Origin: Narcine bancroftii
Lineage: Eukaryota
NCBI RefSeq assembly: GCF_036971445.1
Contig: NC_091480.1
Coordinates: forward strand, 23,870,001-23,934,000
Direction of reading: 5' to 3'
DNA: 64,000 nt
Shown: positions 13,540-25,807 of the stretch, in pieces
Position numbering within the stretch: position 1 is the first letter of the stretch
Layout of the letters: each line of letters starts with the position of its first letter
Translations under genes and position numbers: made by a program
The notes under the pieces: generated by a model
Databases searched by the model: none
What the model was told of the DNA's origin: nothing
Seen by the model: the letters and a program-made list of their open reading frames with translations, nothing else

Positions 13540-14190
13540 CCCGCAACCACTTGGGACCCCAAACAGTCCTTGCAAGTGAAGGCACATTTCACTTGTGAAT
13601 CTTTAGGAGTCATTTACTTACTACATCTGCTTCTTTCAATGCAGCCTCCTCTACATCTGGGAGAGTGCACAATCACTTCATTAAGCACCTTTACATTGTC
13701 TACTTCAACAGCAAGGAACACCTGGTAGCTCACCCCCTACTACAACATTGACATATCAGTCCATAGCCTCTTGCACTGCCAAGATGAAGCAACCATTATA
13801 TTGGAGAAACAATACCTTCTATTTTGTCTCAGAAGTCTTCAACCCGATGGCATTAATATTGACCTCAAATTTTCATTAACCCTTCCCATCCCCTGGTCTC
13901 TCCTTCTCACACATCCCTCTGTCTCCCTTCCTCTAGCTCCTTCGGCCATTCCCTTCCATCTCCAACTGCCTCCTCCTCCTATCACCTCCCAGATCCTTTT
14001 CCTGCTTTCCCACCGTTATCCAGCCTGTACTCCACCACCTTTCCCTCCTCCCACTTTCTTATTTAAGGCTTCTCCTGATTGTTTTTTTGGCACACCTGAA
14101 GATGAGCTCAGGCCTGAAATATTGGCTGCTTTTCATTTTCTATGGATATTGTGTGACCTGCTGAGGTTCTTGAACACTTTCTGGTGCTGT
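13540..14190 (+). mobile_element. Penelope-like element 3' part (GIY-YIG remnant + pLTR)
   Basis: Translates to PKQSLQVKAHFTCESLGVIY and LEKQYLLFCLRSLQPDGINID, followed by a pyrimidine tract and CTGAAGA...GAAA then GACCTGCTGAG terminal motifs. Confidence 0.8.
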
Positions 14191-15009
14191 AATATTAAAC
14201 CCATGAGCTTTAGTCAGTTTACTTTCTTACCGAGACACATGATTTACACACAATTTTCTCCAAATTCATTCACAACTAACCAGAGGTATTTACTAAAAAC
14301 ATTTTTTTTAAGAAGTTCCCGTGCCTCTTTTCTTCTCCCAGCTCTGCACTCCAAATTTGCACAGTTCATTATCTCTGGTCTGTCAGGGGTAACTTTGGTT
14401 TTTTGTCCAGTAACTATCTGGAACATCAATGGATTAACTACACCAAAACAAAATGGAGTGGCACCTAATGGTTTCGCATCATTTTCCTGGATGCTCCACA
14501 ATTATGCCTTGCAATGCAATTTAATCTGCTAATTGAACTGTGAGACTGTCAATCAAAAGTATTAGCTCATCTACTTTTGTGCATGAATTGGATTAAAGAC
14601 TACACATTATAGTCTTATTAGACCAAAGCACCGAGGATACAAGCAACTCTGGTATTAGCAAGCATGTGTAATCTTGTAACTGTCAGTAGGATGGCCTCTG
14701 TTTCACGACATTCTATTACGACTTACATCAAACCAATTACAATCAGCTTTGCTCTCATTTTCCATAACACAGAAAGTCTGAATACAAGTCACTTCTGTCT
14801 AGAAGGCTCTTCAATTCTTGATGACAGTACACGAATTGATGCTTAATGCGTTCGGAAACCTGACAAGAGCATGCTATCACAGAAGGTGTGCGCACATTTA
14901 CTCAGGCTAAATATGTCATCACAGCAAGTATCAGAAATATTTAATGTTTAGCTGAATTATAATGAATACAAATTCAACACTGACAAATATAACTCCATTG
15001 ATCATGACT

Positions 15010-15400
15010 TGGCTCAGAGTTGGAAGCCCTACTTGAACAAAAAGTCATTGAAGCTGATGTTCCAGGATGATGTCGGAGGACCGCTCTGCCGTTGAAAGCT
15101 TTGCCTTTGTGAAACAATGTTAAAATAGCTCAAAATCTGCTCTTTTCAGGAGATTTAAAATGCTCCATTCATTAATTTGAAAGTCAGTGGAGTCATCTGC
15201 AGAACACTGACCAGGTCACACAATGCTGAACCCTGAAATCAATCATTTTAAAACTGAAGATCTAGCCATGATCACACTGCTTGGTGCAAGAGTTGAATAT
15301 GCAAAATAGGTTCATAGCTCCTGATTTAGAAAATACATGCTTGGCCTCAAGATGCATTGGGATATCCTGATGTCACAAAAATGCAAGTGATTCTTTCTTA
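15010..15400 (+). mobile_element. Ancient Deu-domain SINE (SacSINE1/AmnSINE1-like)
   Basis: Degenerate colinear match to the recalled Deu consensus: TGTTAAA...TCTGCTCTTTTCAGG...TAAAA, TCACACTGCT, TTGGGATATCCTGA...AAATGCAAG...TTCTTTC. Confidence 0.5.
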
Positions 15401-15764
15401 CTTTTGAAATGCAACCAGATGTGTATGTTTTCTTATAGTGATTGATTTTGTTGAACATATTGACAGCATCAGCTTTGATGGAGTCAACACGAGGTAAACT
15501 TGTGCACTGACACAGGGCGAGTGACATGCTCAGTAAAGCGTGGTGATTTGATTTCTTCTGGACAATGTCAGCGGAAAATGGCACAACGACCCGCATGTTA
15601 GATACCTCCTTCACTAATATAGCTTTTAACCAACAGCGAGATCATAAAAAAAATAACCTTATTCAGCAGAGAATGTAGATGCCAGATTATTCTCTGGGCT
15701 TAATCTCCAAACACAATCAGGAAATTATTTGCTTTTAAATGGGCAGAAGATACACAGGTTTGAA

Positions 15765-15880
15765 AACACAAACATCCAGATTCGAGGGCAAAGTCTATCC
15801 TGTTGAAATCAGATTCTTAAATGGATCTTTCACTGGCAAGGATGATGCTCTTGCCCTGTTATTTCATTTAAAAAACTACA
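15765..15880 (+). mobile_element. Rex1/Babar LINE end of ORF; its 3' UTR hosts the minisatellite and resumes at about 19790-19930
   Basis: Translates to TSRFEGKVYPVEIRFLNG (compare RxRFxxSFYPxxIRLLN). A tail-like GATAGCATTCAGAACAAA...CATTGTATCTCG...GTGTCAAT follows the array. Confidence 0.5.
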
Positions 15881-16093
15881 CTTTTCTCTATAACCTGCAC
15901 TAGGTCTTTGCACTTTTCTCTATATCCTGCACTAAGTGTTTGCACTTTTCTCTATACCCTGCACTAGGTCTTTGCACTTTTCTCTATACCCTGCACTAGG
16001 TCTTTGCACTTTTCTCTATACCCTGCACTAGATCTTTGCACTTTTCTCTATACCCTGCACTAGGTCTTTGCACTTTTCTCTATACCCTGCATT
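15879..16093. repeat. 32-bp minisatellite, left part (about 7 units)
   Basis: Unit CACTTTTCTCTATACCCTGCACTAGGTCTTTG with period 32 (15911, 15943, ...). Confidence 0.97.
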
Positions 16094-19000
16094 AGGAACA
16101 TAGGAACATAGGAAGTAGGAACAGAAGTAGGCCAAAAAAGGCCCATCAAGCCTGCTCCGCCATTCAATACGATCATGGCTGATCTAATTTATGACCTAAC
16201 TCCACCTACCTGCCTTGTCCCCATATCCCCTAATTCCTCTATCATGTAAAAGTTTATCTAAATGAATTTTAAATATGTTTAATGAGGCAGCCTCAACCAC
16301 GTCCCTGGTTAGAGAATTCCAAACATTCACTACTCTCTGGGAAAAACTATTTTTTCTCATCTCTGTCCTAAATCTACTCCCCCGAATCTTGAGACTGTGT
16401 CCTCTCATTTTAGTTTCCCCGGCCAGCTCTAAAAACCTTCCTACATCTATCCTATCCATACCCTTCATAATCCTATATGTTTCTATAAGATCTCCTCTCA
16501 TTTTTCTGAACTCGAGCAAATACAATCCCAGATGATTTAATCTTTCATCATAAGTCAACCCCTTCATCCCAGGGATCAACCTTGCAAACCTTCTCTGACC
16601 GTCTCCAAAGCCAGTATATCCTTCCTCAAATATGGAGACCAGAACTGGACATAGTACTCCAGGTGCGGTCTCACCGTACCTTATACAGTTGCAACATGAC
16701 CTCCCTACTCCTGAATTCAATTCCTCTAGCGATGAAGGCCAACATTCCATTTGCCTTCTTAATAACCTGCTGCACCTGCAACCCAACTTTTTGCGATTCA
16801 TGCACAAGCACTCCCAAGTCCCTCTGCACAACACCATGCTGTAGTGTTTCACCCTTTAAATAATATTCAGCTCTTTTATTTTTCTTGCCAAAGTGGATAA
16901 CCTCACACTAACATTGTACTCCATCTGCCAGACCTTTGCCCACTCATCCAGCTTAACTATATTCCTCTGCAGACTCTCCACATCCTCATTACAATTTGCT
17001 CTTCCACTCAATTTGGTGTCATCCGCAAACTTGGATACACCACATTTTGTCCCCTCCTCCAAGTCATCAATGTAAATGATGAACAGTTGTGGGCCTAGCA
17101 CTGACCCCTGCGGCACTCCACTTACCACTCTCTGCCAACCTGAAAAACTCCCATTTATCCCGACTCTCTGCCTCCTGTCAGACAACCAATTTTCAATCCA
17201 GGCCAATATACTTCCCCGGACTCCACTTTCCTCTAACTTACTGATAAGTCTCTTGTGCGGCACCTTATCAAACGCTTTCTGGAAATCCAAATATACAACA
17301 TCAACCTGTTCCCCTCTATCCACCGCACCCATTATATCCTCAAATAATCCTAACAAGTTTGTCAAACAAGATCTTCCCTTTCTAAAACCATGCTGCGTCT
17401 GCCTGATTGAACCCTTACGTTCCAAAAGTTTCACTATTTCATCTTTAATGACCTTTAATGACGGCTTCAAGCATTTTTCCAACTACAGACGTCAAGCTAA
17501 TTGGCCGATAATTTCCAGTCTTCTGCCTACATCCCTTCTTAAAAAGTGGCGTGACATTTGCTGTCTTCCATTCTGCCGGGACCTGCCCAGAATCCAAGGA
17601 ATTTTGGTATATGACCACCAATGCATCAACTATAACTTCTGCCATTTCCTTCAGAACCCTTGGATGCATATCATCAGGACCAGGTGATTTGTCTGGCTTT
17701 AGTCCCATTAGTTTCTCCATCACTACTTCCTTTGTAACAACTATTTTATCAAGGCCCTCCCAAACATTCGCATCCTTAACTCCGCACTTGGGCATGCTGG
17801 ACGTGTCTTCCACCGTGAAGACTGACACAAAATATTTGTTTAATGCCTCGGCCATTTCCTCATTTTTTGCTACCAGTTTTCCTTTCTCATCCTCCAAGGG
17901 TCCTATGTTAACTCTGGCCACCCTCTTCCGTTTTATATATTTATAAAATTTTTTGCTTTCTGTTTTTATATTTTGTGCCAATTTACTTTCATAATCCTTT
18001 TTCCCATTTCTTATTACCCACTTTGTAACCCCTTGTTGTCTCTTAAAGTTTTCCCAATCTTCCAGTTTCCCACTGCTCTTTGCAGCTTTGTACACCTGCG
18101 CCTTCAATTTTATACTCTCCTTTATTTTCTTTGTTAACCACGGTTGATTTTTCCCTCTCTTGCTGCCCTTTTTCCTGACCGGAATATATTTTTGTTGAGC
18201 ATTACAAAATATTTCTTTGAAAATCTTCCACTGTTCCTCAACTGTTTCATCAATTAGCCTGTGCTCCCAGTCCAATCTGCCCAATTCCTCCCTCATCCTA
18301 TGGTAGTCACCCCTGTTTAAGCATAATATATTAGTTTTAGATCTAACTATTTCCCCTTCCATCTGAATGAGAAATTCAATCATACTATGATCGCTATTTC
18401 CCAGATGGTCTCTGTCTATTACATCATTTACTCTACCTATCTCATTGCACAACACTAGATCCAGGAGAGCATTTTCTCTTGTGGGTTCCTTAACATGTTG
18501 CTCAAGAAAGCTATCGTGGATGCATTCTATGAAGTCCTCTTCTAGACTCCCACGACCAACTTGATTTTCCCAGTCTATATGGAAGTTAAAGTCCCCCATG
18601 ACTACTGCTGTATCATTATTACATGCCTTACTTATCTCTCTATTTATTTCCTGTGCCTCTAAACTATTGTTATTTGGTGGGCGATAGATAACACCCACCA
18701 ATAATTTTTTCCCTTTGTTATTCTTTATCTCCACCCAAATGGACTCAACATTATGTTCTTTAGATCTTATATCATTCCTCACTACTGCCTGGAGCTCATC
18801 TTTGATTAAGAGTGCAACTCCACCTCCCTTACCATCCTGTCTATCTCTTTGCACCACCTGATACCCTTGAAAGTTTAATTCCCATTTAGGGTCACCTTGT
18901 AGCCATGTTTCCGCGATGGCTACCCAATCATTGGCATCGGTACTGATTTGCGCCTCAAGTTCACTAATCTTACTTCTAATACTGCGGGCATTCAGATAAA

Positions 19001-19097
19001 GTGCCCTTATGCTCTTTGTCTTTTTAATATCTAGTGACTTCTGTAACCTTTTCTTTTGATTTTTCTGCCCACTATTTTTCTTTGTAATTTTCTTATC
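16094..19097 (-). mobile_element. CR1 LINE, 5'-truncated, near-complete ORF2 (APE endonuclease + RT)
   Basis: LYLNARSI, ETWL, GVIYRPP, MGDFN, SDH, NYRPISLTS, YLDFQKAFDKVPH, GVPQGSVLGP and FADDTKL, with a (TTCCTATG)n tail. Frameshifts from a 10-bp duplication CTTTAATGAC (17443-17462) and a small deletion near 16905. Confidence 0.95.
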
Positions 19098-19795
19098 TAG
19101 GTCTTTGTACTTTTCTCTATACCCTGCACTAGGTTTTTGTACTTTTCTCTATACCCTGCACAAGGTCTTTGCACTTTTCTCTATACCCTGCAATAGGTCT
19201 TTGCACTTTTCTCTATATCCTGCACTAGGTGTTTGCACTTTTCTCTATATCCTGCACTAGGTGTTTGCACTTTTCTCTATATCCTGCACTAGGTGTTTGC
19301 ACTTTTCTCTATATCCTGCACTAGGTCTTTGCACTTTTCTCTATACCCTGCACTAGGTCTTTGCATTTTTCTCTATATGCTGCACTAGGTCTTTGCACTT
19401 TTCTCTATATCCTGCACTAGGTCTTTGCACTTTTCTCTATATCCTGCACTAGATCTTTGCACTTTTCTCTATATCCTGCACTAGATCTTTGCACTTTTCT
19501 CTATATCCTGCACTAGATCTTTGCACTTTTCTCTATATGCATTAGGTCATTTCACTTTTCTCTATATCCTGCACTAGGTGTTTGCACTTTTCTCTAAATC
19601 CTGCACTAGGTGTTTGCACTTTTCTCTATATCCTGCACTAGGTGTTTGCACTTTTCTCTATATCCTGCACTAGGTCTTTGCATTTTTCTCTATATCCTGC
19701 ACTAGGTCTTTGCACTTTTCTCTATATCCTGCACTAGGTGTTTGCACTTTTCTCTATATCCTGCACTAGGTCTTTGTACTTTTCTCCTGCACTAT
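19098..19795. repeat. 32-bp minisatellite, right part (about 22 units)
   Basis: Same unit as 15879-16093, with variant blocks (GGTGTTTG, GATCTTTG). Confidence 0.97.
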
Positions 19796-20884
19796 TAGAC
19801 TTGCTGTGACACTTCTCCCTGCACTGGTTATTCATTCATTTATTTGCACTACATCCTGTACATGTTGACTTGGCTTGATAGCATTCAGAACAAATCTCAT
19901 TGTATCTCGTTATAAGTGTCAATTCAATCATTTCTGTTTCTCATGCCAAATTCCCAATCCAGCTTCACTTAGAACTCTTACTAACAAAATGAAGTGTAAT
20001 GTGACATCTTAACAAATAGATGTTAAAGGTCTGTTCACAAAATCTACCCTGCCTTCCTCTTCTATCCTTACTGTTCTAAAAATAATACTCATCTGCTCTG
20101 CAGGTCAGACAGCACCCATTAGCATTGGAGTTCAATGACCCTTCTATTAAAAATTGATGATTGCAAGTCCACCTTCCTGCCAAGGGACTTCACCATTTCT
20201 GTGATCTCATTAAAAAACTCAATCGTCAGTCAGAAACAATAATCTTTTCCAATTCCATGCTTCTTTCAATTATTAATCTGCATTTTCAAGTACCTATTAA
20301 TTTTGTCCAAGATCAATGTATCTTGAGAGTTTCTGCTTGCACAGTTGTTATACTGTCTGGTCTAGAGATACTGAATTAATTCCCTTCTTCTTTAATTATG
20401 TGGGAAGGGTAACATTTCCAATCCCCCATTTTATTTTGCCACGATTCCTTCATCCAGGGAGAAATCTTAGCTGATAAAGGCATTTAAAAGCATTTTCAAA
20501 ACAATCACAACTTGTTAGCTGGCATTATGAAAGTAAGATGAAGTTCTCCATTCACAAATGGTCACAAAAGTTTGTCAGTGATATTTTGGGTGTGCTATTT
20601 TCTCACTGAGTTACTTAGGTGCTTTGTCCATACTGGACAAGAAGGCTTGAGTCAGTAAGACCTGTCCATACATCTAGATGAGGCAAGTATGAGCAAGGAG
20701 AGTTAATGGGAGGCAATTCTCTTCAGAAGGTTCTGTTAAAAATCAATTTCCTACACCCTCTAAACAATGCAAAGGACTGCATTTAGGATGTGAATGTTAT
20801 TGCAAATCCAATCTGCAAAGAACTTGATATATCACCAATAATAACATTAAAAATAGGTTGAAAGTAAGAGTAGAAGGAGTTAAA

Positions 20885-21480
20885 AGATTAACTTCTCATA
20901 GAGGATAACGAGTCATTTGAATGAATCGTCAAAGGAAGTGGTAAAGGCAGGTACAGTACATGTAAATGTTTGAAGGACATTTAGATAGGAGATATATAGA
21001 TAGGAAAGTTTTTAGAACAGTGGCTCTCAACCTTTTTCTTTCCACTCGCATACCACTTTAAGTATTCCCTATGCCATAGCTGCTCTGTGGTTAGTCAGGG
21101 ATTGCTTAAGGTGGTATGTGGGTGGAAAGAAAAAGTTTGAAAACTACTGTTTTAATCGTACCTAACTGACTCGTTATGTGCACGGTTTCTTAACTCCAAA
21201 GGAAATGAGCCAATGAGAATTTTTCTCAAGCAAAATATTTCAGTAACAATTGGGTCTAGAGCAGTGATTCTCAACCTTCCCTTCCCAATCAAATACCACT
21301 TTAAACAATCCCTTACTTAACGATGGTGTAGGGATCACTTAAAGTGGTATGTGAGTGGAAATAAAAAGGTTGAGAACCACAGTTTTAGAGGGATATGGGT
21401 GAAATATAGGCAAATAGGATGTTGAGATAGACAAAGTGGGTCCGATTATGTGCTATAAACATCTATTAGTATGATTCTAA
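20885..21480 (+). mobile_element. Old CR1 3' fragment interrupted by a hAT MITE
   Basis: GAAGTGGTAAAGGCAGGTACA...ACATTTAGATAGG before the MITE, GAGGGATATGGG...GGCAAATAGG after it. Confidence 0.6.
21018..21382. mobile_element. Non-autonomous hAT (Charlie-like) composite MITE
   Basis: TIR CAGTGG.TCTCAACC / GGTTGAGAACCACAG. 8-bp TSD TTTTAGAA / TTTTAGAG. Two inverted ~125-bp sub-units around a spacer. Confidence 0.88.
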
Positions 21481-22489
21481 ACAAGATTTGCGAGAATTAA
21501 ATATGAAATTAAAATATAGGATGAACCATTTTTAATTTGAAACTGAACTATTTATTTCTAACTACGTCACAGGCCTACTATGTAAATTCATCTCCATTTC
21601 TTAAACCCAATGCACGAGTAAGCATTTGTTTTCTGCCGAATATCTTGTAACACTGCAGATGCACAAACGTTTACATAAGGACCTCCCTATTACACATTTG
21701 AGTTTGCCATAGATCTCACGCTGGATTTAATGAGTCAGTCACTCAAAATAGTTATATTATTTTGTATGAAAACAGAATCCGAGCGTATAATAATTATGAT
21801 CCTTACTGGATATGCGTGTCTTTTCAACGAATTGCTTAATTTGTCTGAAAACAGACCAAGCAAACATATATGGAAATATGATATTAATTATTAAGTTGCC
21901 TTATTTTACAGTAGATGAACATATCAAACAACTATCACATTCAGATTCACTTCATTCAGTTGGTACAGACTTCTATATAATAATGCAAAAGTAATAAAAA
22001 TGCTCCCATGTTTCCCCCAACTCCTCATTGCCGTGTTTAATTTGAGTAAACAGATTCCACCTCTGAGTGCATTCCCATATCTTAATTTAAGTGTCATTGT
22101 TCCATCTCTCAAAATCTAACAGTCTGGTCAGTATCTGGTTTCAAAACCACATTTCTGACCATTTGCTTCTTGCCTTATATTGCTCATCTTTCTATTAAAA
22201 AAGAAAACAGGGTTCAACGAGCAACTTGAAATAAAAAGTCATTTCACGACTATAAACAAGCAAGACAATTCATTTACAATCCAAGCTACAGGCTGTTACT
22301 CTATGCATTACTTTTTGAAAAATAACTGCTTTTACAATCACAACATCAAAATGTTACTTTATTTTCAAATCTCTTCTGTGGAAAATGGTCAAAAACTGAA
22401 ATGTGCCGCACTCATTGAGAACATTAGTCCCGGTACATTGCGGCTGTTCAAATGCACTAAAGTGGTCTTTATTTTAGAAATCAGATCAA

Positions 22490-22705
22490 GACAAATGTTC
22501 ACCGAGAGGGTAGTTCTCACCTGGAATGAGCTACCAGAGGAAGCTATCAAAGTGGGTACAATTACAATGTTCATTGGGCAGATAATAGGAAGGATTTAAA
22601 AGGAAATGGGACAACAGAAGGCAAATAGGAAGAGCCCAGTATTTTAAAATGGTTAGCATGGATGTGTTGGGCTGAAGGGCCTATTCTGTACTCCCTGACT
22701 ATAAG
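22490..22705 (+). mobile_element. CR1 3' fragment
   Basis: FTERVVLTWNELPEEAIKVGTITMF, then the GCATGGATGTGTTGGGCTGAAGGGCCT tail. Confidence 0.8.
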
Positions 22706-22974
22706 TCTGGTGCCAGATATCTAATTATTGGACTTGGTGATGTTTCCCTTGGTTTTCAACTGGCATGGTGCACTGAATGCCAGTTATCGATGACCTGCAT
22801 CAGTGGGAAGCAAACAGGGTCCAAACCATTTCCAGCAGTTTGATTCAGCCCTTTTGAGTATTGTCACTCCCTTTTTTTTTGGTGTGATTCAGGAATGGAT
22901 GGAAAATTCATGCATGCATCATTAATTTTGAAATTGAGTTTTGTTTCAAACAAACAAAATAGATTGTACTGAAA

Positions 22975-23370
22975 GTAATGTCAGTCCACGTCCTCGTGTA
23001 TTACCTAACTGGATCAACACCCAGTATTCCATATGGGCATTCTCCAACCAGACGTACACTTCTCCAGCTCTTGATAAACCCCTCCCCTGAGTCTTCCCTT
23101 TCCCCGTGTCCCTTCCTTCAGCTCTCCACCCCTTTTTCCTTCCCATTCAGAGGACTAGCCCTCCTCCTATCTCCTCAGCTTTTTTTCTCTTCTACCCTCC
23201 CACCTCCAACCTCTTAGCTGTTAACCTGCAGTCCTCCCCCTGCCCCTTCCGTTCCTCTCCTTCAGCCCGCCTTTTATATTCAGGCACCTCAGGACCAATG
23301 CGTTGCTTACCCTTTTGCTTCCAATAGGCGCTGTGTGACCTGCTGAGTTTCTCCAGCAATTTTGTGTATT
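22975..23370 (+). mobile_element. Penelope-like 3' fragment
   Basis: ACCCAGTATTCCATATGGGCATTCTCCAACC, a pyrimidine tract and GTGACCTGCTGAGTTTCTCCAGCA, shared with 13540-14190 and 55330-56545. Confidence 0.7.
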
Positions 23371-24344
23371 GCACATGCCTTTCCAAAGGGCTTAAGGGAC
23401 TGCATTTGAATAACGGATCCGATCATCGAGTTGAAGGTGTCTTCGCTATGCACAGTTGCAAGCTTATATCTGAATGCATCTACACACAAGTATCCTCCAG
23501 ATTAAAATTATTCCTCTTGAATAACGTGAGTCAAAGTACAAAAAGCTTTGACAAAATATTTTTTTTCCCATATGTGGCTTTTCATGAGTGAAATTATTAG
23601 TGTCATGTCTCAGCAGGTACACGGCATTTCTCTTAAAATAGATGCAGCTAAAACTAATGAAAACAATTCATATTAAGCCAAACTTTATTTTAACTTGACA
23701 TTATTTTTAAAAATCTATTTGGAATTAATACTTGCTGATGTAATATTTTCAAATTTACTTGTGTGAAAAGTGTCAGTCAGTGTAGAAAGCCACTTTCTAC
23801 AAATGTTTCCAGTTCTTTAATTGCCACCAGCTCAAAGCAGAATACACCTTCAGAACTCCTGAAGTGCTCTGAGATTGTGAAAGGAGGCAGGTGAATGCAC
23901 GTTTCTTCCTCTTCATTATCTGTCATTGACTTTGGGCTTTCTCACGGACAAACCCTCTTCAGCTGGTGACATGGCATAATTTAATGAACCGGATTTTTAC
24001 AGGATTATCATTGCCAATAGCCTGCATAGAAGTACAAGGCACTCTGATTTATATTTAAATGGATTTTAAAGTGTGAACAATAAGCGATTTATTACTTGTA
24101 CCAGAGGTCTGAGAAGTTGGTTCAATATGTATTTATAATAATTTGCAAGATAACTATAAATAATCAGTGTCCTTAGTAGGGAGGGAAATCTGGAAGTAAA
24201 AACACCAGTTATAACCAATAAAAAATCAATTAGAATTGTTTTCTCTCCAACTGAACCTCTCCAAGGGCATATCCTGTAAACAGCCCTGTAGCCATCTTAA
24301 GCTCTGGAAAGGAATTTTAAAAAAATATATTGTTACTATCAAGG

Positions 24345-24630
24345 ACATACTCTATCTCATCAGGAAAGAGGTACAGGTGCTGCAGGTCTGGGATCTCCAG
24401 GTTCAGGAATAGTTGCTCCCCCTCAACTGTCAAACTCCTGAACAACAGGTTCATTCCGAAACTCATTTAAGGACTCTCATTTATGACTGAATATTTATTT
24501 TTCTGCTTTTGTTTAAATTTCCTTCTGTATACATTTCTTTCTTTTGCAGACGCTTCTTCCTTCTTGAGTACAGTTTAGAGTCACGGGTAGTTAAAAGTTT
24601 TGCCTGGCAGGAGGAAAGAGAATCTCAGAT
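24345..24630 (+). mobile_element. Rex1/Babar LINE 3' end
   Basis: Translates to SGKRYR...SRFRNS..PSTVKLLN, a typical Rex/Babar C-terminus. The 3' UTR matches 1-226. Confidence 0.7.
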
Positions 24631-24855
24631 CTTTTCTATTGTGTTTCCCCTCCTATATCCACTGATGACCTCTTGCCTGTGGGCTGGTTCCCCCCCCCCC
24701 CCGCCCTCCCAACACCATTTTATTCAGATGCCTGGTTACATTTCGTTCATCCCTTGATGAAAGGCTCAGGCCTGAAACATTGGTGATGCAGTATGTCTTT
24801 ATCTCTTCTGGACACTATTAGACCTGATGAGTTCCTCCAGCATTTTTTGTCCACT
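24631..24855 (+). mobile_element. Penelope-like pLTR fragment
   Basis: CCTTGATGAAAGGCTCAGGCCTGAAACATTGG...GACCTGATGAGTTCCTCCAGCA. Confidence 0.7.
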
Positions 24856-25807
24856 TCAGTCTGTTTTTTCTTTTAACTGCATAACAAGTAAAACAACCTC
24901 TCTCCCTGACAAAATAAAAGCAGCTTTTATAAATGTGGTTTCATTTTATCACCTTTTAATTATTCTTGGATATTTTAAAATAATATCAACAGAATCAAGT
25001 TGAATCATTTTTGTCTCTTATCTCTCATTCTCATCTTAATAAAAAAATTGGTCAAACAACCACATAGATAAAGGCAAGCAATCAATCCAAAAAATGTATC
25101 ATTGGGTTTTATGCCTCATATTGTGGCTGTCTCGAAAGATCCATTCCACGTCATTTGTTCTCTTCCTCTCACTCAGATCTTTTCTCCCTTAAGGGAAAGG
25201 AGAGAAATTCCATCTCTATCATTGAATATTCAAATGTAAATAATTAAGTAAACCTAGAATTTAAATAAAAAGCTGGCATCAATGGTCATGACCTTGGAAG
25301 GAGCAGAGTTTTGTAAAACCCCTTGCATTTCATTACAGGGAAATAACTTTAGCCACCTTTAGATTTGGGCTAAATGTAGGGGACTCACTGGTAAGCCTTC
25401 TGAAATGAGCATATCATTCAGGCCACCAGCAACTATGCAGGCTGCAAAAGAAATCACAGAAACAAATCTAAATACTTCAAAATTGTAACCTTGTCTCAAG
25501 TTACCTTCTAGTTTTGTTGCACAAACTCTCCGTCTCACACTTGGAGGAGATGGAGGGAGGCGTCGGGGGTGAGAGGGATGGTTTTAAACAATGGGTGGGA
25601 CGGGGAGAACAGCGTAAATGGTCATGAAAAAGAGACTCAGAAGTGGGAAGATTGAGGGCAAAGGATTGAACAAGGAATTGAGGGCCAGGGATTTAAAGAA
25701 ACATTGATGTCTGGATGGGGAATAAGGAAGCTACTCCAATAAAGCATTCTAGCCATTTATGTGCAAGTGCCTGTGTTGACAAGCACTAATGCGAGCATCC
25801 ACCTCTA

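Noticed and set aside
13771-14532. 253-aa ORF as a protein-coding gene
   Set aside because: Starts in a Penelope remnant and runs through a stop-poor pyrimidine tract, with no recognisable domain.
16275-17946. Plus-strand ORFs of up to 203 aa
   Set aside because: Antisense shadows of CR1 ORF2.
15879-19795. 32-bp repeats as a CRISPR array
   Set aside because: Units are head-to-tail with no unique spacers, there are no cas genes, and the DNA is vertebrate.
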